Shown piece by piece: positions 17,166 through 26,733 of a stretch of 37,728 bases of DNA. The translations under genes were made by a program, and so were the position numbers. The notes beneath the pieces are model-generated. The model searched no databases. It was not told the DNA's origin and was given only the letters and a program-made list of their open reading frames with translations. The stretch's first letter is position 1, and each line of letters starts with the position of its first letter. The DNA comes from an uncultured Fibrobacterales bacterium (lineage in GTDB: Bacteria > Fibrobacterota > Fibrobacteria > Fibrobacterales > CAWVXU01): NCBI GenBank assembly GCA_963934255.1, contig CAWVXU010000017.1, forward strand, positions 1 to 37,728. Reading direction: 5' to 3'.

Positions 17166-18614
17166 GTGAAAAACTTAATACTTCTAGTTCTATATTGCCT
17201 TCCTTCATTTGTTTTATCTCAAATGATCAAAGAACAAAACATCTATGGATATATTGATTTAGAACTCGAACAATCCATTACGGACAAATCAAATTTTGGA
17301 CAGCCCACTTTTATTGACGATATCGCTGAAGTTTCATTGGCACATGTTAATTTGTATTATGATGTTAAGCCTAATGAGCACACTCGTGCTTTAATAGAGA
17401 TAGCTTATCAAACCAAATTCTTTCAAACATACTCTCAACCCAGCCTTACAATGGACTCATTAAAGATCGGTACTTTGGATCAAAACCTCAGCATCGCCCA
17501 AATGAGTCAAGCCAACCGCATCACTCCCGAACAACAAGAGCAACTTGAAGACCTTCAATCAGTACTCATTAATCGAGAAATTCAAAAATCCTCTCCCAAT
17601 GATGTTGACGGTGGCATATATATAGAACGTGCGTGGTTTGACATCCATTTTAACCCTTTATTGAATTTCAAAATTGGCCGATACGTCAATCCTGTAGGTA
17701 TCTGGAATGTCGATCATGGTTCACCTGTTTTAATATCAGCGAGACAACCGTTACAGATGTCAATTATAGGTATCTACCCGCTTGTCCTAGAAGGTGGGAT
17801 GATTTATGGTTCACATTACCTTGGAGATTATGAACTTCTTTACAAAATTCATATTTCATCTGGTCGAGAAACAATTGACCAGCGCCCTAAAACTTTCAAC
17901 GACCTAGGCAAGGGTTGGCGCGTACAAATGAATTTTGATTTCCTTGATGGCATCAACCTTGGACATTCCGGCTACTTTGGAACGATGAGAGAAGCATCTT
18001 TCAAAAGCACCCCTCAAGTTGTCTTATCTATCGATGATGCCAACACGCTCGGAGGTATCCTAGCCGATGGAGATATCGATACTGACGAATACGAAGTTTA
18101 CAGTAAGATTATAGAAGAGTCCGTTGATTTTTCAGATTTGGAAAACACAGAAAAAGTTTCAAATTATTCTCAAGAATTTGTATCAGGAATTGATTTAAGT
18201 ATTCAATATTCGAAGTGGAAATTTCAATCTGAAGTTAATCAACAAATTGTTACAAACCTGCACAAAGTTTCAAATGACTATAAAAAATACACTTATATGA
18301 CAGGTATTTACGGACTTCTTTCCTACGAACATATGATTAATACTAATCTAGCGGTTACCCCTTATTTCATGGCCGAATACCTACAGTTTTCGCTTAACAA
18401 AAACAATCCTTTAGCTAGCTACAGTCAGTACCCTCTTAAAATATGGAATGATTATTTTGTAGGACTTAACTTTAATGTTTGGGGCAATGTTTTTATTAAA
18501 ACTGAGTACACTTTAGCAGATATTAGTTTAGACAAGGATATATCACCCCAATATACAACAACTCGAGATATTCAAGTTCATCAGTTTCTCATACAGTTTA
18601 GTTTGGCATTTTAA
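17166..18614 (+). CDS. Outer-membrane beta-barrel (porin-like)
   Basis: Likely GTG start 17166 after GAGGA; signal peptide; IYGYID, IERAWFD, FKIGRY..PVGIWN motif; C-terminal QFSLAF. Confidence 0.78.
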   Translation: MKNLILLVLYCLPSFVLSQMIKEQNIYGYIDLELEQSITDKSNFGQPTFIDDIAEVSLAHVNLYYDVKPNEHTRALIEIAYQTKFFQTYSQPSLTMDSLKIGTLDQNLSIAQMSQANRITPEQQEQLEDLQSVLINREIQKSSPNDVDGGIYIERAWFDIHFNPLLNFKIGRYVNPVGIWNVDHGSPVLISARQPLQMSIIGIYPLVLEGGMIYGSHYLGDYELLYKIHISSGRETIDQRPKTFNDLGKGWRVQMNFDFLDGINLGHSGYFGTMREASFKSTPQVVLSIDDANTLGGILADGDIDTDEYEVYSKIIEESVDFSDLENTEKVSNYSQEFVSGIDLSIQYSKWKFQSEVNQQIVTNLHKVSNDYKKYTYMTGIYGLLSYEHMINTNLAVTPYFMAEYLQFSLNKNNPLASYSQYPLKIWNDYFVGLNFNVWGNVFIKTEYTLADISLDKDISPQYTTTRDIQVHQFLIQFSLAF

Positions 18615-18618
18615 GGTT

Positions 18619-19029
18619 ATGACAAAATTATTTTTAATCATAGTCTTACTCTCACTGCCTCTTTTCGCTAACGAGTATGTCGTTGTGATGTCCAAAGATT
18701 CACCCATTAATTCTATTGAAAAAGAAGACCTCAAACGACTTTACTTAGGGAAGCATATTCACATCAATGGTTTATTCTTTAAGGTATTAAATCAAGATAT
18801 TTACAAGAATCCAGGTTCCACTTTCATTAAAGATATCACAAATATGGAGCCAAGAACTTATCTTAAGTGGTGGATTAAGCAACAAATTATTGGTCGAGGA
18901 GTCGCCCCGCATGTCAAATTAAATGATAAAGAATTAATAGAAGAGCTTATCAATGATAAGCTTAACATTGGTTACATACTCAGAAAGTCCCTTACTAAAG
19001 AACTCAAAGTAATTAATATTATAAAATAG
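18619..19029 (+). CDS. Small periplasmic PBP-like protein (porin partner)
   Basis: Signal peptide; VVVMSKDSPINSI..LKRLYLG..W....G...P..IGYI pattern; 4 nt after the porin stop. Confidence 0.7.
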   Translation: MTKLFLIIVLLSLPLFANEYVVVMSKDSPINSIEKEDLKRLYLGKHIHINGLFFKVLNQDIYKNPGSTFIKDITNMEPRTYLKWWIKQQIIGRGVAPHVKLNDKELIEELINDKLNIGYILRKSLTKELKVINIIK

Positions 19030-19065
19030 GCAAAATCCACTCTCATTATATTCAAATTTTGGATT

Positions 19066-19755
19066 CTAAATAAGGTGCTTATTTTTAATTTCACCTTGAT
19101 CTAAAATTATACGTCGAATATTATGATTTCCATAGATCAAAGGATTGTGCGTGGCCATGACAACGGTACACCCACTTTGATTGATTGCCCTTAAAATATC
19201 AAATATTTTAGTTGCATTCTCTGGGTCTAAATTCCCAGTAGGCTCATCAGCAATCAAAACACTCGGTTCATTTGCGATTGCCCTAGCAATTGCAACTCTT
19301 TGCTTTTCGCCACCAGATAGCGTGTGCGGCATGGAGTTTCTCCGATGACCGATCCCAGTGAGTTGCATCACCTCATATACTCGCCCTTTGATCTTGTCAG
19401 CATGGACGCCTGCAATTCGCAAGGCAAAAGCAATATTTTCAAATACATCTCTATCTTCAAGTAGTTTAAAATCTTGAAAAACAATTCCTAGTTTACGGCG
19501 AAACCTTTGGATCTGTCCCGCTTGCGCTGTTTTGGAGTCATAGACAAGGTCTTTTGAAAAACTCATGATAACTTGACCACCTTGATGTTCATCTGGCTTA
19601 AGCTCCATATATATGTGTTTTAATAAAGTACTCTTACCAGCACCCGAGTGTCCCGTCAAAAAAACAAACTCACCCTTATCAATTTTCAAGGTGACATTCG
19701 TGAGTGCTTTCCAATTTTCCTGGAAGCTCTTAGTGACATGCTGAAAATGTATCAT
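19066..19755 (-). CDS. ftsE: Cell-division ATP-binding protein FtsE-like
   Basis: FLTGHSGAGKSTLLK, RRKLGIVFQDFKLL, LSGGEKQR, IADEPTGNLD, VVMATH. Confidence 0.85.
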   Translation of the reverse strand: MIHFQHVTKSFQENWKALTNVTLKIDKGEFVFLTGHSGAGKSTLLKHIYMELKPDEHQGGQVIMSFSKDLVYDSKTAQAGQIQRFRRKLGIVFQDFKLLEDRDVFENIAFALRIAGVHADKIKGRVYEVMQLTGIGHRRNSMPHTLSGGEKQRVAIARAIANEPSVLIADEPTGNLDPENATKIFDILRAINQSGCTVVMATHNPLIYGNHNIRRIILDQGEIKNKHLI

Positions 19756-20501
19756 ATCTTTTTGAGTACCCAGTGAATTCGCTCACTTTTCTCATCAGCC
19801 AATTCGGTTGTAAATCCACAATATTTATTGAGAATTTTAAAGCCGGAATTTTCAGCAGCAAGTCTTATCTCATCTTCAGACCAAATTTTTTGTTGATGAG
19901 TTTCTTCTATTTTTTGAATACCTTGACTTGACTGCTTATCGGAAACGGCCACTTTATCTTTTTGGTAAATAATAAAACGAGTCATCTGAATTTGACTTTG
20001 ATCATCGTACCAACCTTCACGAATGATATCAGCATCATCATGTTCTTCAAAATCCAGATAATCTTGAAAATACGTTTTGCAGTTAACTTGAGTCACGCTA
20101 TCAAAGATATAGACACCAGACTGAGAAAGTACTCGAGCTGCCTCTTTAAAATGAAGCTCAAGATCTCCAATTTCCACCAAATAATTAACACTATCGTAAA
20201 TAGTTAATAAAGTATCTAAACTTGAATTATCAAAAGGGATGTCCCTCATGTCACACTCAACTTTATCTTCATGAGTTGACTGTGCCAACATTTCACTTGA
20301 TAAATCTGTCAATGTGTACTTTGATACATACTCTTTAAGAATATGTGCTAGCTTACCATCGCCACCAGCAAGCTCCAATAAATTTTGAGGAGTATGCTTA
20401 ATTTCATCCATGTAAGTCAACAAAAGCCCAGCCCACATAGTATAGTCTACATGTGACATGATCCGAGAGTAATAAGGGGCAATGTTCTGATAGGAGCCCA
20501 T
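19752..20501 (-). CDS. Class I SAM-dependent methyltransferase
   Basis: LELAGGDG, DLSSEML, DMRD, DSVNY, GVYIFD. Confidence 0.9.
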   Translation of the reverse strand: MGSYQNIAPYYSRIMSHVDYTMWAGLLLTYMDEIKHTPQNLLELAGGDGKLAHILKEYVSKYTLTDLSSEMLAQSTHEDKVECDMRDIPFDNSSLDTLLTIYDSVNYLVEIGDLELHFKEAARVLSQSGVYIFDSVTQVNCKTYFQDYLDFEEHDDADIIREGWYDDQSQIQMTRFIIYQKDKVAVSDKQSSQGIQKIEETHQQKIWSEDEIRLAAENSGFKILNKYCGFTTELADEKSERIHWVLKKI

Positions 20502-21838
20502 TATTTTACCGGGGAGGTATTAAAGTCACCTGCGTATAGTTCTTTAAGTTTTAGGTCACGAATTTCAATAAATACAAATTTACGCCATTTAAATGTGAAA
20601 CTCTGCATCTTACGTGTCGAAAGAATATTTTGTGCATATCCTTCAATCATAGTCCAATCACTTTCAAGATCTAATCTACGAACATCAACTTTGTCTACAA
20701 GTCGAAAAATATGATATTTACCATCAATCATAGTAGGCAAAGCGATATTACCCACACCAAGTTCTTTCACAATCTCACGATACTCAGGTTTAAGCTCATC
20801 TTGAGTAAACCAACCAAGATCTCCACCTTTTTGATTTGATTTCTTATCCACGGAATATTTGTTTGCATTTTTTTCAAACTGGGTTAAATCTTTGTCAATT
20901 TCAATCTTAAGGCTATCGCTTAAGGTCTTCGCCCTGAGGGTATCTATACTCGTTGGAGTCACAGGTAGAAAGATATGAGAGGTCCGGATTTCATTATCGC
21001 GACGACTTGTCGCTTTAATAATGTAGAAACCCACATCAGTGCGAATAGGCCTGGCACTATGCTGCCCTGTCTCTAGTTTAAATGCAGCACGTTCGTACTT
21101 GGGATCTTGACTTCCCTTTTTGAAATAACCGATATCACCAGCCGCAGCTTTTGAAACTTTATCTTGGCTATGCGCTTCAACAAGGCGCTCAAAATTAACA
21201 CCTTGGTTTAATTTCAAAATTAAAGACTTACCCAATTTGTAGGCACTATCAAGGGCAGATTCTGCTGGTTCAATAGCAATTTGAATGTGCGCAATGCGTT
21301 GACTGTTATACTGCGCTGGGAGTGAATCTTTGTACTCAGTATAAAATTCACGAACTTCTTTAGGAGTTGGTTTATCGGGACCGATATATTTCATTTGCAT
21401 TTTTTGAAGAATGCTCTGGTCTCTCATTTGAGTTCCCATTTTTTTGCGATACTCTAAAAAACTGATACCGAGCTGAGTTTCTATAGCTTGTTCAAGCTGC
21501 TTTTGGTTGAGCCCTTGAGCGCCCTTAAGTTGGTCGAAGTGTTGATCTACGCGCTGATCCAATTCATCATCAGTCACGTACACTGAATCCATTTTAGATT
21601 TCGCTAAGATAACTTTATCATCAATCAGACGATCAAGCACCTTTTTACGAAGTTCAGTGGCCTTGAGACCATTGAAACCTGGTGAATTCTGAAGTTGATA
21701 CAAAGCTGTCATCAATTGGGATTCTAAAACAATCTCACCATCAACCACAGCAACTACTTTGTCATAAGGTTCAGCGCTAAATGAAAGGCTCACTAAAAAC
21801 AAAATTCCGGCAATAATATTTATTCTATTCATCCACAC
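20501..21838 (-). CDS. surA: SurA-type periplasmic chaperone/PPIase
   Basis: DKVVAVVD N-domain and two parvulin domains (GDIGYF, GGDLGWF). Confidence 0.88.
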   Translation of the reverse strand: MWMNRINIIAGILFLVSLSFSAEPYDKVVAVVDGEIVLESQLMTALYQLQNSPGFNGLKATELRKKVLDRLIDDKVILAKSKMDSVYVTDDELDQRVDQHFDQLKGAQGLNQKQLEQAIETQLGISFLEYRKKMGTQMRDQSILQKMQMKYIGPDKPTPKEVREFYTEYKDSLPAQYNSQRIAHIQIAIEPAESALDSAYKLGKSLILKLNQGVNFERLVEAHSQDKVSKAAAGDIGYFKKGSQDPKYERAAFKLETGQHSARPIRTDVGFYIIKATSRRDNEIRTSHIFLPVTPTSIDTLRAKTLSDSLKIEIDKDLTQFEKNANKYSVDKKSNQKGGDLGWFTQDELKPEYREIVKELGVGNIALPTMIDGKYHIFRLVDKVDVRRLDLESDWTMIEGYAQNILSTRKMQSFTFKWRKFVFIEIRDLKLKELYAGDFNTSPVK

Positions 21839-21868
21839 AATTTACTAAGTACGAGACGCTTTGTCCAC

Positions 21869-22711
21869 TTACTTTAGTAACTCTGGCCAAACTTTAATCA
21901 ATCTCAGGGCCTTTTCTTTTTTCACAATCTCCCCTTCTCTTCTTTGGCGCTCCATATTGATGAAATCTCCCTGGATTCTTTCCTGAATTTCATTATAAAA
22001 ATAAGGTTCACCAATAAGCTGCTTATCCCGTATATAAAAAATTCTGTAGATTTTATTACATATCACAGGGACACTCAAACGGTTTTCTTTTTGCTTCACC
22101 ATGTGGTTGAGTAGGCAATTATTAGTCGGACGACTAAATTCAAATTCTTCGAGAGAATAGGACTTGTTTTTTGATATCCAACTTAAATGAGGGTCTATTT
22201 TACCTTGAGTAGCCGTTTTATATAGATCCCAAGCTAATTTACCTGATTTTGTTGATATAAGAAGGTAATTCCAAGAGTCTTTTTTCCTTAAATAATTTTT
22301 CTTATTACTTCTCAGAAAGCTTTTTAACACACCTTCTTGAGGGAAGTCAATTTCATTCATTGCGAATTGCTTCATCGCCTCACTTAGGATCATTTGTTGA
22401 TTAATTTTCATTTGACGCTTCACATCGATAGTTTGGTCTAATTTTTTCTCAATTGCGGCTTGTTTTAGAGTTTCTCTATCCACCCATTGCCTAATAAACT
22501 CAAGCTTTTGATCATAACTAAGAGTTGGGTATATTTTGCTTGGAACACTAGCTTTGAGGTCATTCATTCTCAGCTTAACATCACCGACCTGAGCGATCAC
22601 TTGACTTATGTCTTTCTCCTTACACCCAAGAAAGAGAACACCTAGGGCAATTATAATACATAGGAGTATTTGACGAATACCTCTTATCTGCCTCATTTTG
22701 TCTTGTATCAT
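21869..22711 (-). CDS. SurA/PrsA-like foldase lipoprotein (degenerate parvulin)
   Basis: Lipobox FLGC, VIAQVGD, helical N-domain; lies between mfd and surA. Confidence 0.65.
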   Translation of the reverse strand: MIQDKMRQIRGIRQILLCIIIALGVLFLGCKEKDISQVIAQVGDVKLRMNDLKASVPSKIYPTLSYDQKLEFIRQWVDRETLKQAAIEKKLDQTIDVKRQMKINQQMILSEAMKQFAMNEIDFPQEGVLKSFLRSNKKNYLRKKDSWNYLLISTKSGKLAWDLYKTATQGKIDPHLSWISKNKSYSLEEFEFSRPTNNCLLNHMVKQKENRLSVPVICNKIYRIFYIRDKQLIGEPYFYNEIQERIQGDFINMERQRREGEIVKKEKALRLIKVWPELLK

Positions 22712-25700
22712 AAATTAAAACCTTTCATTTCCATAAACATGGAAACAATTTCTCTTAATTGAAGAATATAGCCACTTTCTCGTAATTCAAACTGAATTTG
22801 CAATGGCTCTTGATAAAGTATACGCCAAGGTCTTGGGCTTTTTTCCAAAAACCCTTCTAAAAAGTCTTTCTTCTGCATTATTTCACTTACAGGAGTCACT
22901 TTACAATGACCTGAAGATAAAAGATCCACCACTTTGAAACCAAGTTGTTTACAAAGCTGCCTTAATATCATCATTTGTACTAATTGATCGACTGCACGAG
23001 GTAATTCACCAAATCTCTCAATCAACTCTGCTTTTAAGTCCACAAAATCTCGAACTTGTACCAAGCGAGAAAGTCGTTGATAAACTGAAAGCCTGACCAT
23101 ACCATCTTCGATATATGATTCAGGTATAAATGACTCCACCGGGATATTCAACTCAGGCTCAATATCTGGAATCAGCTCCTGACCTTGTAACTCTTTAACA
23201 CTTTGTTGTACCATTTTGATATAAGTTTCAATCCCAATCTCACTAATATGTCCATGCTGCTCAGCTCCTAAAAGATTACCTGAACCACGAACTTCAAGAT
23301 CTCGCATGGCTAATTGGTAACCCGACCCCAGATCAGTATGGGTCTCTAAAGCTTCAAGTCGTTTCTTAGAATCAGCTGAAATTTCTTGTTCTGATGGGAT
23401 AAAGAAACGAGCATAACCTTGAACATCACCACGTCCGACACGTCCTCGTAATTGATAAAGTTGTGATATTCCAAAACGGTGTGCGTTATAGATAAACATC
23501 GAGTTGGCACTAGAAATATCAATCCCATTTTCAACAATCGTTGTTGATACTAATACGTCGTATTCATGATTAACAAAGGCCGCCATCACTTGCTCTAAAT
23601 CTTTTTCATTCATTTGACCATGAGCTATTGCCACTCTGGCCTCAGGGACAGACGCTTCAATATGGTCAGCCAAAAAACCTAACTCTCGGATATGATCATT
23701 CACCACAAAGGACTGACCACCGCGTTCTAATTCGTAGCGAATTCCATCTGCTAAATGTTCTGGAGAAAATTTTTGCACACGAGTCTCAATAGGCAGTCGA
23801 TTCATTGGAGGCGTGGTTATAAGAGAAATATCACGCACTCCAGAAAGACTTAAATGGAGGGTTCGAGGGATAGGAGTCGCACTCATAGAGAGGGTATCCA
23901 CTTCAAGCCTTGCTTCACGAAGTTTCTCTTTTTGTTTGACTCCAAATTTTTGTTCTTCGTCAATAATGTAAAGTCCAAGATCTTGGAAGCGAATTTTCTC
24001 AGAAAGTAAACTATGAGTCCCCACTACAATGTCAACTTTACCCAACTTTAAATCTTCGATGACAAGTTTCTTTTCTTTGGCAGAACGAAAACGATTTAAT
24101 AACTCAATGCGAACTGGCCATGAGCTAAATCTTTCCAAAAAATTTTGAAAATGCTGAGAAGCCAAAATAGTTGTTGGCACCAAAATAGCAACTTGCTTAT
24201 CAGCATTAATCGCTTTAAAAGCAGCTCTCATGGCCACTTCCGTTTTACCAAAACCAACATCACCACAAATTAATCGGTCCATAGGAGCTACGCGCTGCAT
24301 ATCATCTTTTATGGCCTGAGTCGCAGAAATTTGATCTACAGTTGGAGAGTATTCAAAACTGTTCTCAAATTCCATTTGAAGCTTAGTATCTAAAGGGAAC
24401 GGAAAGCCTTCAACAAATTGTCTTTTGGCATATAACTGGACTAATTCTTGTGCAATTTTAACTGCTGATTTTTTGGCTTTTTCCTTAGTCTTCTCCCAGA
24501 CCTTACCACTAATTGAATGAAGCTTTGGGCTGTTAGCTTCAGAAGACATCATTTTTTCAAGTTTACTTAAATCTAATACAGGAAGACTCAGTCGATCCTT
24601 ACCCCGATATTCGAGTATCAAACAATCATGAACATCAACTCCATGTTGAATTCTCTGCGTCCCAACAAAACGTCCAACCCCGTAGTCTTGATGGATGACG
24701 TAATCCCCTTTTTTGAGCTGATCAAATGAAGGAATTGACACTCCACTTTGAAATCTTCGTCCAGTTCGTCGTCTTGACATTCTGTTGAAAATTTGGTGAT
24801 CTGTTAAAAAGGCAATTTTAAAATCATGCCAAATAAAACCCGAATGAAGATGCCCTACTACAAAATCAGCTATGTTCCAATGTTCAACAAGACTTTGTAA
24901 GCGATCTGATTGTGATTCAGTTTGAGACACCAGATAAATTTCATAATCTTTTTGGGTTAACTCCTCAATCAGAGCTTCATAATCTTCAATTTTGCCATGA
25001 CCGCGTTCCTGAATATCCAAATTGTAGGAATATTTCCCACCCAAACTCACTCCACTTAAGTCAATACGCTTAAATTGAGATATCTTCTGATGCAGTGATT
25101 CAAAATCTAACCAAATCTTATTGGCCATTGGGTATAAATAGGAGTTTTCAAGATGAGCTCTACGCTCTTTAATCTTCAGCCATTGCTTATCAACTCGTTC
25201 TCTTAAGGAAAACTCCTTTGAGATAAAACAAACACCTTTAAAGCGGTCTAATAAGGAGTCAGTCGAATCATAAAACCAACTTCTCATCCAAATAAAAGCT
25301 TCGTGATCTAAGCCATCAAAACGAATTCGTTGAACTTCTAGCTTGTGTTCTGGGGCACCTAAAAAATTGGCGTTTTCAGGTATCACCCATTCGCCACATC
25401 GACCCATCTTGATAGACTTCACGGCGGCCTTTTTGACTGTCCTTTGAGTAAACAAATCAAATGTATGGATAAACTCTAAGGTCTCATCAAAAAAGTCCAA
25501 TCTATAAGGAGACTTGGACTGATAAGGGAATACATCCACAATTGATGCACGAATACTGAATTCACCCATATTCTCAACTTGAGATTCTTCTTTGTAACCG
25601 AGTGATTCCAACTCATATCGAATATCTTCAAAAGGATAGTCTTTTCCCACTCTGAACGACTGCATCCCACCGGACCATTCAGCTGGTGCAATTACCTCCA

Positions 25701-26136
25701 TTAAGGCAACAGTATGAGTTAACAGTACTATTGGCTGTTTGGGTTGAGATGTTGAGTTTTTTGATTTTGAATTATTTGACTTTTCAAGATATTCGACACT
25801 TCGAAATCGTTCAATTGAAGCGTTATTTTCTGGTTTGGCAAGTTCCCAAGGCAATAGTCCTGTTGAGGAGAATAAGAAAAATTGAGCGTCATCAATCATT
25901 GTCTCTAGATCAGAACGGAGTAACTCAAATTCACTTAAATTTTCAGCAACAACCAAGATATTTTCACCATGCTGATAAAAATATCTTGAGATGACCAATG
26001 CTTTAGCAGATGAGTCTAGCCCAGAAAGATGTGGAATTTGAGCGTCTGTTGAACTCGCAAGCGGAAGCTGAATTGACTCAAGCTTTGAATTTAAATTGAG
26101 ATCTTTAAAATGAATCATACGAGAGAACCACTCCAA
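22708..26136 (-). CDS. mfd: Transcription-repair coupling factor
   Basis: UvrB-homology region, RID (GDYVIHQDYGVG), CGDVGFGKT, DEEQKFG, SATPIPRT, QLRGRVGR, TRCF C-domain. The start may be ATG 26118. Confidence 0.97.
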   Translation of the reverse strand: MEWFSRMIHFKDLNLNSKLESIQLPLASSTDAQIPHLSGLDSSAKALVISRYFYQHGENILVVAENLSEFELLRSDLETMIDDAQFFLFSSTGLLPWELAKPENNASIERFRSVEYLEKSNNSKSKNSTSQPKQPIVLLTHTVALMEVIAPAEWSGGMQSFRVGKDYPFEDIRYELESLGYKEESQVENMGEFSIRASIVDVFPYQSKSPYRLDFFDETLEFIHTFDLFTQRTVKKAAVKSIKMGRCGEWVIPENANFLGAPEHKLEVQRIRFDGLDHEAFIWMRSWFYDSTDSLLDRFKGVCFISKEFSLRERVDKQWLKIKERRAHLENSYLYPMANKIWLDFESLHQKISQFKRIDLSGVSLGGKYSYNLDIQERGHGKIEDYEALIEELTQKDYEIYLVSQTESQSDRLQSLVEHWNIADFVVGHLHSGFIWHDFKIAFLTDHQIFNRMSRRRTGRRFQSGVSIPSFDQLKKGDYVIHQDYGVGRFVGTQRIQHGVDVHDCLILEYRGKDRLSLPVLDLSKLEKMMSSEANSPKLHSISGKVWEKTKEKAKKSAVKIAQELVQLYAKRQFVEGFPFPLDTKLQMEFENSFEYSPTVDQISATQAIKDDMQRVAPMDRLICGDVGFGKTEVAMRAAFKAINADKQVAILVPTTILASQHFQNFLERFSSWPVRIELLNRFRSAKEKKLVIEDLKLGKVDIVVGTHSLLSEKIRFQDLGLYIIDEEQKFGVKQKEKLREARLEVDTLSMSATPIPRTLHLSLSGVRDISLITTPPMNRLPIETRVQKFSPEHLADGIRYELERGGQSFVVNDHIRELGFLADHIEASVPEARVAIAHGQMNEKDLEQVMAAFVNHEYDVLVSTTIVENGIDISSANSMFIYNAHRFGISQLYQLRGRVGRGDVQGYARFFIPSEQEISADSKKRLEALETHTDLGSGYQLAMRDLEVRGSGNLLGAEQHGHISEIGIETYIKMVQQSVKELQGQELIPDIEPELNIPVESFIPESYIEDGMVRLSVYQRLSRLVQVRDFVDLKAELIERFGELPRAVDQLVQMMILRQLCKQLGFKVVDLLSSGHCKVTPVSEIMQKKDFLEGFLEKSPRPWRILYQEPLQIQFELRESGYILQLREIVSMFMEMKGFNL

Positions 26137-26202
26137 TGAACAGATTTAAATAAGCATTTTAACTAACACACCTAAACAAGCTTACCAATTACAAATAAGT
26201 AA

Positions 26203-26235
26203 CAAAAAAGGCTAGACAAATTAATGTCTAGCCTT
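26203..26235 (-). terminator. Terminator after tRNA-Lys (downstream copy)
   Basis: 11-bp stem aaggctagaca/tgtctagcctt with a T-tract on the minus strand. Confidence 0.85.
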
Positions 26236-26238
26236 AAG

Positions 26239-26311
26239 TGAGCCAGGAAGGACTCGAACCTTCGACCCATGCCTTAAAAGGGCACTGCTCTACCAACTGA
26301 GCTACTAGCCC
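26239..26311 (-). tRNA. tRNA-Lys (TTT), copy 1
   Basis: GGGCTAGTAGCTCAGTTGGTAGAGCAGTGCCCTTTTAAGGCATGGGTCGAAGGTTCGAGTCCTTCCTGGCTCA; no encoded CCA. Confidence 0.97.
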
Positions 26312-26473
26312 GAACTAAGTTTACAAGCTAAACCTGCATACTACGCCGTAAGCCCTAAGGCTGACTCAAATATATAAAAGCACATTTTGACTTCAAGGGT
26401 TTTTATGAAAAAAATGAAATTAAAGAATTAAAATTTGAGATAGTGAAATGGTTTAATTTTGATAAAAACCTAT

Positions 26474-26506
26474 CAAAAAAGGCTAGACAAATTAATGTCT
26501 AGCCTT
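26474..26506 (-). terminator. Terminator after tRNA-Lys (upstream copy)
   Basis: Identical hairpin to 26203-26235. Confidence 0.85.
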
Positions 26507-26509
26507 AAG

Positions 26510-26582
26510 TGAGCCAGGAAGGACTCGAACCTTCGACCCATGCCTTAAAAGGGCACTGCTCTACCAACTGAGCTACTAGCCC
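26510..26582 (-). tRNA. tRNA-Lys (TTT), copy 2
   Basis: Identical to copy 1; TTGACC-16-TATCAT promoter-like motif upstream (26667-26640). Confidence 0.97.
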
Positions 26583-26733
26583 GAACTAAGTTTAAAAGTT
26601 AAACTTGCAAACCTAGCCGTACGCCCTAAGGCATATTTAATGATAAAAAACATCAACCTGTGGTCAAGGGTTTTAATGTAAAAAATTTACTTTTTTATTT
26701 TTTTTTGAAACGCGTCTTTTATATATTGCCTGA

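Larger units (their letters stand above)
26203..26674. repeat. Tandem duplication of a promoter-leader-tRNA-Lys-terminator unit (period 271 bp)
   Basis: 26203-26361 is homologous to 26474-26632; tcaagggtttt is repeated further upstream of both tRNAs. Confidence 0.9.
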
